Shown: positions 40,008 to 49,355 of the stretch, piece by piece
How the letters are laid out: each line of letters begins with the position of its first letter
Numbering within the stretch: the stretch's first letter is position 1
Source of the DNA: Flavobacteriales bacterium UBA6772
Lineage (GTDB): Bacteria > Bacteroidota > Bacteroidia > Flavobacteriales > UBA7430
Length of the DNA stretch: 64,000 bases
NCBI GenBank assembly: GCA_905182215.1
Contig: CAJJAI010000011.1
Span: 1 to 64,000, forward strand
Direction of reading: 5' to 3'
Program-made: the position numbers and the translations under genes
Notes under the pieces: model-generated
Seen by the model: only the letters and a program-made list of their open reading frames with translations
What the model was told of the DNA's origin: nothing
Database searches by the model: none

Positions 40008-41216
40008 TTAGAAATGTAGATCAAATTGCATTCTGTACATCAAACCACTCGTTCCATTATTCTCTACAGTTAAATAACTAACATCAGATTGAACTTTTAG
40101 CTTATGACCTTTAAAGTATTTAGAAAGCCCTAATGTATATTGCGTTTCTAAGTCCTTACCTGTAATAGCTTTATCTAATGCGATAGAAGTATAACGACCT
40201 GTTATTTCAAAATCGTTATTAAACAAATAACCAGACATTAGGTTCAATCCATTACCTACCTGAACTACATCTCCATACTCTGACTCAGTACCATCTGAAT
40301 TCATTGCAATAGGATTTTCAGAATCTCTATTAGCATATTCAGCCATAAAAGAGAAGCCTTGGAACTTAAACATCGCGTCCACAAAAATTGAGTTTACGTT
40401 AGTTTGGAAATAAGCCTCCCCATCATCAATCAACATATACGAACCTTGATTTGACTTGTTTTTTACAGCATTATTATAATCATACGTAGCACCAATTGCC
40501 AACTTAGGTGTTTCTTCTCTTTTTAGAGCACCACCAGCATAAGCACCTTTAAATTTACCGAATGGCAAAACCTCTATTCTACTCGTCCATTGGTAACCAC
40601 CTAAATTATCTTGCACTACATTTCTACCTTCACCCTGTGACACAGCTAGAGATTCTTGTACAATAAAGTTTTTTCCGATCGTAAAATGGTGACGTAACTG
40701 AATACCCATATCACGATCTATATTGAAACGCTTGTTCAATAAAGAACGATCGACCAATTGTAAGTTTGCAGATGAAACTACACGCTCTCTGTTACCTGGT
40801 AATTTTGTTTGACCTGCCCAAAGTGTGAAATTTTTGTAAAAATTCCATTTTACAACAGCGTCCAAAATCATTTTGGGAGCATTGTTATTTCTATCGTCTA
40901 CTTTACCCAAATCTTTATTAGACAAACCTAATTCTAACTTATACTTTACTTTAGGACTGAATACAAAACCTCCAAATTTTAAACGAGCTCTACGCACTAA
41001 GAATTGAGAGCCCCCATTATGTATTCCGTCTGCATCATTTACATCCCAATCGGCTATATAGAGTGATTGCATACGCGCTGCAAGCTTCATGCTGTAAGAA
41101 CTGTCTGCAGCGATTACATTGTAAAAGCCATTTCCGAAACTGTTGTTTACAACTTCTTGCCCTATCACCAAGGTAGAAAAGCAGGTAGCTATACATAAAT
41201 AAATAAACTTTCTCAT
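40008..41216 (-). CDS. Outer-membrane porin (phosphate-selective porin O/P-like)
   Basis: It has a signal peptide, an alternating beta-strand pattern and a C-terminal Phe (QFDLHF). I placed the start at the ATG 41214-41216 because the TTG in the ORF track lies inside the -7 box. Confidence 0.65.
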   Translation of the reverse strand: MRKFIYLCIATCFSTLVIGQEVVNNSFGNGFYNVIAADSSYSMKLAARMQSLYIADWDVNDADGIHNGGSQFLVRRARLKFGGFVFSPKVKYKLELGLSNKDLGKVDDRNNNAPKMILDAVVKWNFYKNFTLWAGQTKLPGNRERVVSSANLQLVDRSLLNKRFNIDRDMGIQLRHHFTIGKNFIVQESLAVSQGEGRNVVQDNLGGYQWTSRIEVLPFGKFKGAYAGGALKREETPKLAIGATYDYNNAVKNKSNQGSYMLIDDGEAYFQTNVNSIFVDAMFKFQGFSFMAEYANRDSENPIAMNSDGTESEYGDVVQVGNGLNLMSGYLFNNDFEITGRYTSIALDKAITGKDLETQYTLGLSKYFKGHKLKVQSDVSYLTVENNGTSGLMYRMQFDLHF

Positions 41217-41240
41217 AGTGTGTTTTTCTTGTTTATAGTG

Positions 41241-41248
41241 CAAATGTA
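41241..41248 (-). promoter_or_regulatory. Candidate -7 box (TACATTTG) for the porin gene
   Basis: It is a perfect TAnnTTTG on the minus strand, with 24 nt to the ATG at 41216. Confidence 0.45.
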
Positions 41249-41357
41249 TGTTTAGAATCCTCAGTATATGTTAATCACTTTTTAAAACTATGTTAAGTAA
41301 TTGTAAACAACAGATTCTATAACTAATTTAAAATATAAGGAGAAAGGAACTTGTAAC

Positions 41358-43196
41358 TTATTCGGTTGCACTCAGTGCATTTAAATAATCTGAAAGGTTT
41401 TGAGAAGGCTGTAAATTAAATTTCTTTCTAAGGCGAGAGCGTGCATTTTCTATAGAACGAGGTTTATTACTTAAAGCAGTGGCTATTTGTTTAATGGTTA
41501 ATCCTTGGCATATAAACACACATAGTCGTTTTTCTTTTACTGATAATTTCACTCCCAATTTCTGTACATTCTTAAAAAAGGTAGGATTTAACTCTTCGAA
41601 GGAATCTAAATAGCCAATCCAGTTTTTTTCAATATTTTCATTGGTACTTATATCTAAAATCAAATCTTCAAGGTTTTTTTTATTTGGCTCTGCTTGAAGA
41701 ATATTTAATTTTTTCACCACATCTTCAATATCCCCTCTTTTTTTGGACAAAAGAAGTGTTTTGTGTTGCAGCACTAACTTGTTGTGTTTAGACTCCAATT
41801 CACTATTTTTTCTTTTTTCTATTAAGGTTCTATTTCTGTACACAACAACTATCACAACAATAATGAGTATAAATGCACCACAACCAAACGACAAAATTAA
41901 TTGTTGTTTCTTTTTTTCTGCTATTAGTTTTTCAGTTTCTAAAACGGCAATTTCTTTTTCGTTTTTCACCAAATCATATTTCGACTCAATTTCATGAACC
42001 TTAATAATTACATCTTCTTTATATAAGGAATCTTGCAATACCTTTAATTTAGAAGTATATTCTTGCGCCATTTCGTATTTTTCCAATACAAAACTCAGTT
42101 CAATTATTTCGGAAAAAGCGTTAATTACAGTGTGATTATTTTCTATTTTATGTATTGAATTAACGGCCTTTAATGTAAAATTTAAGGCCTTATCTAGCTG
42201 CTTAATTTGCTTGTATAATTTAGCTAAATACAAATATGCTTGATTTAAATAAGACTCATCTTCGGAGCCTACAAGTAAGTTTACGGCTTTAAACAATAAG
42301 TCTTCTGATATTTTGTATTCGCCTATATAAAAATAACAATTACCTAAAACTAATAAACTCGAACCAATAGACATTCCATTGTCTATTCTAATTTCTTTCG
42401 ATTTTTCGTAAAAGGCAATAGCTTCTTGGTGTTTGTTTTGAGTAACAAGAAGATTCCCAATATTAAACAGGAGCATTTCTTCGTCGAATACTAAATGGTT
42501 TTGTCTGGCAATAGTTAAAGCTTTACTATAATAATTGTTTGCCTTTTCAAAATTTTCTAAATCATGAAATACAATCCCAATATTGTTATAAACCTTAACT
42601 AAGGTTGTGGAGTCTTGGCTCTCATTCTCTAATATTTCTTGAGCGTCTTTAAAGTATATTAGAGCCTTTTCATAGTTTCCTTGCGAAATTAACACCGAAC
42701 CTATATTAGACTGTATTTGAACTGTTTTATCAACATCTCCTATGCGATCATAATCTGCAAGCGCCTTATTCCAACAATAAATTGCAGAATCGTAGTCTGC
42801 TTTATAATAATAAATGCAGGCTACTTTATTCTGATAAATAGCATTGGCATTTTCGTGTTCAAGCTGAAGATTAATTTTTTTTAAATTATTCGCACTTTTT
42901 AGGGCTTCCTGATACTTGGCTTGATTGATCTCTAAACTTGTTTTGCAATCGTAGCCCATTGCCATCCCTGTTAAATAATTAAGCTCTTTAGATAACTCAA
43001 TAACCCTATTGGCATAGATTTCGGCTTTATTTAAATCGGATTGAAAATGCTGCCAAAACAACTCGTAATTAGTCATTACCTTTAAGGAGTCTATTTGTTG
43101 CTGTGCTAAGGCATTCTCTAAACTATCTATTTTAGGTGTTTGTGCATTACTAGTTATACTAAGCACACATAATAGCGTAAAAATATAATTCTTCAT
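41358..43196 (-). CDS. Membrane-tethered regulator: signal peptide, TPR array, TM helix, LuxR/GerE HTH
   Basis: It has a signal peptide (SITSNAQ) and about 400 aa of TPR-like repeats. A TM follows (LILSFGCGAFILIIVVIVVVY). The C-terminal HTH reads LSVKEKRLCVFICQGLTIKQIATAL...RSRLRKK. Confidence 0.8.
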   Translation of the reverse strand: MKNYIFTLLCVLSITSNAQTPKIDSLENALAQQQIDSLKVMTNYELFWQHFQSDLNKAEIYANRVIELSKELNYLTGMAMGYDCKTSLEINQAKYQEALKSANNLKKINLQLEHENANAIYQNKVACIYYYKADYDSAIYCWNKALADYDRIGDVDKTVQIQSNIGSVLISQGNYEKALIYFKDAQEILENESQDSTTLVKVYNNIGIVFHDLENFEKANNYYSKALTIARQNHLVFDEEMLLFNIGNLLVTQNKHQEAIAFYEKSKEIRIDNGMSIGSSLLVLGNCYFYIGEYKISEDLLFKAVNLLVGSEDESYLNQAYLYLAKLYKQIKQLDKALNFTLKAVNSIHKIENNHTVINAFSEIIELSFVLEKYEMAQEYTSKLKVLQDSLYKEDVIIKVHEIESKYDLVKNEKEIAVLETEKLIAEKKKQQLILSFGCGAFILIIVVIVVVYRNRTLIEKRKNSELESKHNKLVLQHKTLLLSKKRGDIEDVVKKLNILQAEPNKKNLEDLILDISTNENIEKNWIGYLDSFEELNPTFFKNVQKLGVKLSVKEKRLCVFICQGLTIKQIATALSNKPRSIENARSRLRKKFNLQPSQNLSDYLNALSATE

Positions 43197-43293
43197 ACTT
43201 TTTTAATATAGCCTTAATTTAGCGTTTTAATTGTACCAATTGAAAATGAATAAGAGTTATGTTAAATTTGGGAAAGGCAAAACATACCAAGCA

Positions 43294-43334
43294 TTAAAAA
43301 AATGGGTTTATACGTTTGCACATATAAACCCATT
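43294..43334 (-). terminator. Terminator after the DUF1566-like gene
   Basis: A 12-bp perfect stem AATGGGTTTATA/TATAAACCCATT is followed by a T-run on the minus strand. Confidence 0.75.
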
Positions 43335-43416
43335 TAATTGAGAAATAACTAAATTAATTATCTATTTTAAATTCGACCGCTGCGCCGTAGCGCTTAATAG
43401 GTAAAGTGGTAAATAG

Positions 43417-44703
43417 TTAAAAAGCGCGAATAACACGAACCCTGTAGATATTGTACTTATTGTCGCCGTTCGTGCCACCACCATTGAAGTCGACGTACCA
43501 GGCGTTGCCATTATCGTACTCCGAGGAAGACCAATACCAATCATATTCAAACCCTCCTATATTGCCCTCTGGGCCGCCATAACCTATAGTGGAGTACATT
43601 AATTCTAATTCGTCTTGACTTGGAAGATACCAATCATCGTAGCCTTGTGAAGTAACACTTTCTGCTACATCCATAGCAACCCACCAATCCATAAGTCCTA
43701 AGTCTTGTAGGTCAGCTACCAAGCCTGTGCCATCTTCATTAATTTGGAATACTATTCCTCCTGCGTGTTGGTCACCGATTTGTAGTAATACATTACCATC
43801 ACAGTCATAGCCTTCTTGAGCATATACACAAGAACCATCATCAGTATTAGCGAGGGAATTATAATTACAATGGTCAGGACCAGTACATCCATAAACAGGG
43901 GCTAACCATCCTGAATAACTTGCCTCTACTTCTGCTACTGCAGCATCAACATCTGCTTGACCTATTCCATCTTCTGGAGTTACCGAAGCGGCTCCTTCTG
44001 CATAAGCAATATCAACATCTACTTGGGTAATACCATCTTCTTGATTTGCTACTAAAGCGGCTATATCAAAAAGTATATCATATAACAAGGACACTTCTTC
44101 GTCTGTTACTAAAGAATTATCAGTTAAATAGGCTATACCTGGTGTCAAGTAATTCTCCGCTAATTCTGTTAGAGAATTTAAATCCAATGCATCTGAATCT
44201 AATAAAGTGCTCACATCAAGTAATAAACTATTTACAAATTCTGATATATAGACTAACTGTTCACTATTATAAGACAGCGCTATTTCTTCCATTTGTTCCG
44301 TCAAATCACTTAAGGATTCAAGAGCTATAGCTAATTCTGTTTGAACTGCATCTACATCTGCTTGTCCTATACCATCATCTGGCAATACTGAACTACAAAA
44401 TTGGAAGCCGTCCACTTGTTCTATCATTTTTATTTGGTAACCAACTCCATTAGTAAAATCACCAATACCGTTAAAATCTAATTCAGGTAAATAGGCGTTC
44501 CCAAAATGGTCTTTTACGATGACTATTTTATCGACTATTTCATTTAATGCAGTTGTCACTTCTTGTGGCTCTTCACAATTATAACCAAACATACTCCATC
44601 CTTGAGGTAGGTTTATATTATTTTGGGCTTGAGAGTTTACTGTAAAGCTCATTGCAAATACAAGAGCTAATAGGCCGATAAAGTTTTGTGTAAAGTTTTT
44701 CAT
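43417..44703 (-). CDS. Secreted protein with a C-terminal DUF1566 (Lcl C-terminal-like) domain
   Basis: It has a signal peptide (TVNSQAQ), an acidic repeat-containing middle, and a C-terminal GGIVFQ...DDWYLPSQDELELMY...WYWSSSE...YVDFNGG...RVRVIRAF. Confidence 0.7.
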   Translation of the reverse strand: MKNFTQNFIGLLALVFAMSFTVNSQAQNNINLPQGWSMFGYNCEEPQEVTTALNEIVDKIVIVKDHFGNAYLPELDFNGIGDFTNGVGYQIKMIEQVDGFQFCSSVLPDDGIGQADVDAVQTELAIALESLSDLTEQMEEIALSYNSEQLVYISEFVNSLLLDVSTLLDSDALDLNSLTELAENYLTPGIAYLTDNSLVTDEEVSLLYDILFDIAALVANQEDGITQVDVDIAYAEGAASVTPEDGIGQADVDAAVAEVEASYSGWLAPVYGCTGPDHCNYNSLANTDDGSCVYAQEGYDCDGNVLLQIGDQHAGGIVFQINEDGTGLVADLQDLGLMDWWVAMDVAESVTSQGYDDWYLPSQDELELMYSTIGYGGPEGNIGGFEYDWYWSSSEYDNGNAWYVDFNGGGTNGDNKYNIYRVRVIRAF

Positions 44704-44875
44704 TTTATAGGGGGTATTATGTTAATCAAGAATTAGAGATACGAAAATGAAGCTTATAAATTAATCCTTATCAAGACGAACTAAGTTAAGTAATTTTGAT
44801 AATACTTTCATAACATTGTGAGATTTACCTATTCATCAGTCTCAAATATAAAGCTTTACAGCCTAAAATACAAGC

Positions 44876-44906
44876 CAAAAAAACGCCTCCTAATTGGAGG
44901 CGTTTT
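44876..44906 (-). terminator. Terminator ending the act-cox block
   Basis: The stem CGCCTCC/GGAGGCG with A/T extensions is followed by T7 on the minus strand, 10 nt after the oxidase subunit I stop. Confidence 0.85.
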
Positions 44907-44915
44907 AAAATAGGC

Positions 44916-46670
44916 TTAATGTTCTTCTTCACCGTCTTTAAGCGGCACGTTTTGAGGAATAAAATCCGCATCGGCACCCGGCTTAGAGTAGTCGTATGGC
45001 CAACGGTAAACCGAAGGAATTTCTCCAGGCCAGTTACCGTGAATACGAGCTACAGGAGTAGTCCATTCGAGTGTATTAGATTTCCAAGGATTTTGAACTG
45101 CCTCTTCTCCTCTAAAAATACTATAGAAGAAATTGAACAAGAATAAGAATTGTGCCGCTGCACCAATGAGTGCACAAACAGTTACAATTTCGTTAATATC
45201 TTGTAAGTTATCGAACATAGGGAATGCAGAGTTACTATAATAACGACGAGGTAAACCAGCTAATCCTAAATAGTGCATTGGGAAGAAAGTACCATAGGCA
45301 CCAACAATAGTGATCCAGAAGTGAGCATAACCCAGTTTCTTATTCATCATTCTACCATACATTTTAGGAAACCAGTGATACACACCTGCCAACATTCCAA
45401 ATATTGCAGATAATCCCATTACAATGTGGAAGTGACCTACTACGAAGTATGTATCGTGTACGTTTATATCTAAAGCAGAATCTCCCAAAACAATACCTGT
45501 TAATCCACCTGTAATAAAAGTAGAGACTAAACCAATAGAAAACAACATTGCTGGCGTAAACTGTAGGTTCCCTTTCCAAAGAGTGGTGATATAGTTAAAT
45601 GCTTTTACAGCAGAAGGAATTGCAATTAATAAAGTAGTAAAAGTAAATACCGAACCTAAGAAAGGACTCATTCCCGAGATAAACATATGGTGCGCCCATA
45701 CGATAAACGATAAGAATGCAATTCCTAAAATAGAACCTACCATTGCTCTATAACCAAAAATTGGCTTACGAGAATTAGTAGATATAATTTCTGAAGTAAT
45801 CCCTAAAGCAGGTAAAATAACAATGTAAACTTCCGGGTGTCCCAAGAACCAGAAAAGGTGCTCGTATAATACTGGTGAACCACCAACATTACTTAAAACC
45901 TCACCCTGAATCATAATATCAGACAAGTAGAAACTTGTACCGAAACTACGGTCGAAGACCAATAACAAAACCGCTGAGACTAATACAGGGAAAGAAAGAA
46001 TCCCTAAGATAGCCGTTACAAAGAACGCCCACATGGTAAGTGGCAAACGAGTCATTGATAAACCTTTAGTTCTAAGGTTAAGAATAGTAACCACATAGTT
46101 CAAACCACCTAATAATGATGATACGATAAATAAGGTCATAGAAATCAACCAAAGCGTCATTCCTAAACCAGAACCAGGAATGGCTTGTGGCAAGGCGCTT
46201 AATGGAGGGTAGATTGTCCAACCAGCAGAAGCAGGTCCAGTTTCAACACCTAAAGAAATCAACATGATAACCGAAGAGATGAAGAAGAACCAGTATGACA
46301 TAGCGTTTAGAAAACCAGAAGCCATATCTACTGCACCAATTTGAAGTGGAATTAAGAGGTTACTAAAAGTTCCACTTAAACCTGCAGTAAGTACGAAGAA
46401 TACCATAAGTGTACCGTGAATAGTAACTAATGCTAAGTACATATTAGGATCCATGACTCCTCCTTTAGCCCAATCGCCCAAAAATAATTCAAATAAAGGA
46501 TTTGGCTCTCCTGGGTTAGAGAGTTGTATTCTAAATAAAACTGACATAATCATAGCAATAACACCCATTGTCATTCCTGTAATAAGGAATTGCTTGGCAA
46601 TCATTTTATGATCAGTACTGAAAACGTACTTTGAAAAGAAATTCTCTTCGTGGTGGCCGTGTTCTGACAT
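44916..46670 (-). CDS. ctaD: Cytochrome c oxidase subunit I (aa3-type)
   Basis: It has 12 or more TMs, WFLGHPEVYIVILP, and the HHMF and GHFHIV heme/CuB ligand motifs. Confidence 0.97.
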   Translation of the reverse strand: MSEHGHHEENFFSKYVFSTDHKMIAKQFLITGMTMGVIAMIMSVLFRIQLSNPGEPNPLFELFLGDWAKGGVMDPNMYLALVTIHGTLMVFFVLTAGLSGTFSNLLIPLQIGAVDMASGFLNAMSYWFFFISSVIMLISLGVETGPASAGWTIYPPLSALPQAIPGSGLGMTLWLISMTLFIVSSLLGGLNYVVTILNLRTKGLSMTRLPLTMWAFFVTAILGILSFPVLVSAVLLLVFDRSFGTSFYLSDIMIQGEVLSNVGGSPVLYEHLFWFLGHPEVYIVILPALGITSEIISTNSRKPIFGYRAMVGSILGIAFLSFIVWAHHMFISGMSPFLGSVFTFTTLLIAIPSAVKAFNYITTLWKGNLQFTPAMLFSIGLVSTFITGGLTGIVLGDSALDINVHDTYFVVGHFHIVMGLSAIFGMLAGVYHWFPKMYGRMMNKKLGYAHFWITIVGAYGTFFPMHYLGLAGLPRRYYSNSAFPMFDNLQDINEIVTVCALIGAAAQFLFLFNFFYSIFRGEEAVQNPWKSNTLEWTTPVARIHGNWPGEIPSVYRWPYDYSKPGADADFIPQNVPLKDGEEEH

Positions 46671-46704
46671 AGTTTTTATTTTATAGTGTTAGTGTTATTT
46701 GGTC

Positions 46705-47853
46705 TTAGTTATTTGAAGCTGCAAAAACAGATTGCTCAGCCATCCATTTATTATAGTCCTCTTCAGATTCTACAATAACTTTAAGCTGCATGTTGTAGTG
46801 TGCAGCACCACAAATTTTATTACATAACAAAACGTATTCAAACGCTTCGTTACCCGTTTCAACTCTCATCTCTTCGGTAGTGATGGTAGGCTTAAATACA
46901 AAGTCTGTATTCATACCAGGTACACAGTTCATTTGAACACGGAAGTGAGGAAGGTAAGCAGAGTGAATAACATCTTGAGATCGGAACTTTAAGTGTACAG
47001 TTTTGTTAACAGGTAAGTGTAATTCTTTTACAACTACGTCATCTTCTGCAGCCTCTAATAAATCTTTAGGTGTAATAGAAACTAAAGCTGTAAGTGTAGA
47101 TTTCTTAGATTCCATCTTCGCCAAACGAGCTTCTATCTTAACACGCTTATTAGCATTCAATTCTTCAGACATTTGAACATGCGCTTTTGCTATGTTATTA
47201 TCTAATCCAGCCATTTGCTTAGCATAAGCAGATTCAGAAATAACACCTACAGTGTTTAAACCTCCTATAAAACGAACATTTGCAGCACCTAAATTATTAT
47301 CGGCACCTGCATAACGAGCAGTCCAATCGAATTGCTTCCCATAAAGCTCAACAACCACTGCATCGTCTAAATCTGAACGATCCATTATTTTAGACCATGT
47401 TTGTAAACCGTAAACGATTAACACTGTTAATACCACAGCTGGAACTATAGTCCAAATAATCTCTGCTTTATCGTTATGAGAAATAAAGGTAGCTGTACGA
47501 TCTTTACGTCCTCTGTATTTATACGAAAGGAAGAATAAAATAGGTTGTGTAATAAGGAAAACAATAATGATTACACCCATTGAAATATTCATCAATAAAT
47601 CTATTTCTACACCGTGTTCTGAAGCTGAAATAGGTAATAAAAGATGATTCCATTTTGCCGTCATCACGAAGAAGGAAGCCATAAACAAAATACCAAAGGT
47701 TAATAAAAGCTTCCCTTGAGTATCGTTGTCTTTATCCGTAATATCAGATTCCTTTACACCTTTAATCTTATTGGCAAGTTCAAAGATCTTAACCACTTGG
47801 GCTATTGCAATTACTGCAACAACTATCGCTACTATGATTAATAATTCAGTCAT
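46705..47853 (-). CDS. ctaC: Cytochrome c oxidase subunit II (no fused heme c)
   Basis: It has TM helices and a cupredoxin with CuA ligands (DVIHSAYLPHF...CNKICGAAHYNM). There is no CxxCH motif. Confidence 0.92.
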   Translation of the reverse strand: MTELLIIVAIVVAVIAIAQVVKIFELANKIKGVKESDITDKDNDTQGKLLLTFGILFMASFFVMTAKWNHLLLPISASEHGVEIDLLMNISMGVIIIVFLITQPILFFLSYKYRGRKDRTATFISHNDKAEIIWTIVPAVVLTVLIVYGLQTWSKIMDRSDLDDAVVVELYGKQFDWTARYAGADNNLGAANVRFIGGLNTVGVISESAYAKQMAGLDNNIAKAHVQMSEELNANKRVKIEARLAKMESKKSTLTALVSITPKDLLEAAEDDVVVKELHLPVNKTVHLKFRSQDVIHSAYLPHFRVQMNCVPGMNTDFVFKPTITTEEMRVETGNEAFEYVLLCNKICGAAHYNMQLKVIVESEEDYNKWMAEQSVFAASNN

Positions 47854-47882
47854 GGTTGTGTTTTAAAATGTTGCTTATTAAA

Positions 47883-49337
47883 TTATATGTGGAAGTTTTT
47901 ACTTTCTTCTAACATAGGGTGGTTCTTAGGTGTAAGTTCCATACTCGCTAGTTTCTTAGTAACAACACTAATAAATAGACCTCCTAAACCAAGGAAAGTT
48001 CCAATTTCAACAAATCCTAAATGCCAGTGCCCACCAACAGTACCGGGCATAATCATTACGAAGAAATCTAAGTAGTGACCAATAAGAATGATAGAACCGA
48101 TTGTGATTACAAATCCAGATACACGTTTAGCATCTCTAGAAATTAACATTAGAATAGGCACAACGAAGTTAAGAACTACAGCAGTCATAAATGGCACACT
48201 GTATTCGTCGAAACGAGCATTGTAATAGGTTACTTCTTCTGGGATGTTGGCATACCAAATAAGCATAAATTGAGAGAACCATAAGTAAGTCCAGAAGATA
48301 CTAAAGGCAAACATAAACTTAGCAACATCGTGCATGTGATTTTCGTTTACGTGCTCTAACTGACCTTTACTTTTTAGGTGAACTACTACCATAGATAAAA
48401 CTACGAATACAGTTACCATCATACCAGCAAATACATACCATCCAAATAAGGTAGAGAACCAGTGTGTGTCAATAGACATAATCCAGTCCCAAGCCATCAT
48501 TGAAGATGTAACTGCAAAGAACACGATGAATATAGCTGCAACTTTAACACTCTTGTTATAGTATTCTAATCCACCATGTTCGTCTTCTTGTAAAGAAAGG
48601 CTAATTAATTTTTTAAGTCCAAAGTACCAACCTGCTAAATAAATAACAGCTCTAAGCATAAAGAAACCGAAGTTTAAATAAGCTTCCTTACCTGCAATAA
48701 TAGCATCGTAATTCGCACTTTCAGGATCCATTATCCCAATAGCCATCCAGTGGTATGTATGGTTACCAAATAGGTGGAGTCCACCAGTAATAAAGATAAC
48801 AAACAATACAGCACCTACATATGGAAGGAATGAACCAATAGCCATAAGAACTCTTTTAAGAACTACCGTCCAACCTACTTCAGCTACATACTGTAATGCA
48901 AGGAAGAAAATAGAAACTAAAGAAACTCCTAAGAAGAAGATTGCAGCAACTAATAAACTAGACCAAGGTCTTTGTGCTTTAGCGTGTAAAGCATGTGTAG
49001 TTGTATGAATAACGTGTTCTACATCGTGTGCTTCAAGCATTTCTTCGGCAGAAAAGTGTAAGTGAAACACTTCTTCAAGCTTGTGAAATAAAGGAGCATA
49101 ATGAGCTTCTACTGCGTGATCATGAACACCATGAGCTTCCACTGCATGAGAATCGTGTGCTTCTGTATGGTAAGCAGCATCTAGGTGTAAATCGTGTGCT
49201 ATAGTTTCAACTTGGTGTGCAATTTCTTCATCTGTATGATGACCTGCTCCTTGAATAAAACCATAACCTAGGGCAACAACTCCAATTAGCATAAGCGCTA
49301 AAGAGATGAGCTTCGTATTTTTAGTAACCGTATACAT
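47883..49337 (-). CDS. actF: Alternative complex III subunit ActF
   Basis: It is a polytopic membrane protein in the actF position between actE and the oxidase genes. It contains a His-rich segment after TM1. Confidence 0.8.
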   Translation of the reverse strand: MYTVTKNTKLISLALMLIGVVALGYGFIQGAGHHTDEEIAHQVETIAHDLHLDAAYHTEAHDSHAVEAHGVHDHAVEAHYAPLFHKLEEVFHLHFSAEEMLEAHDVEHVIHTTTHALHAKAQRPWSSLLVAAIFFLGVSLVSIFFLALQYVAEVGWTVVLKRVLMAIGSFLPYVGAVLFVIFITGGLHLFGNHTYHWMAIGIMDPESANYDAIIAGKEAYLNFGFFMLRAVIYLAGWYFGLKKLISLSLQEDEHGGLEYYNKSVKVAAIFIVFFAVTSSMMAWDWIMSIDTHWFSTLFGWYVFAGMMVTVFVVLSMVVVHLKSKGQLEHVNENHMHDVAKFMFAFSIFWTYLWFSQFMLIWYANIPEEVTYYNARFDEYSVPFMTAVVLNFVVPILMLISRDAKRVSGFVITIGSIILIGHYLDFFVMIMPGTVGGHWHLGFVEIGTFLGLGGLFISVVTKKLASMELTPKNHPMLEESKNFHI

Positions 49338-49355
49338 TGTTCTCTTTCTGTTAGG

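Noticed and set aside
43246-43341. A 31-codon + strand ORF (MNKSYVKFGKGKTYQALKKWVYTFAHINPFN) in the gap between the TPR-LuxR and DUF1566-like genes.
   Set aside because: It overlaps the 12-bp terminator stem of the DUF1566-like gene, and has no promoter box and no recognisable features, so it is probably fortuitous.
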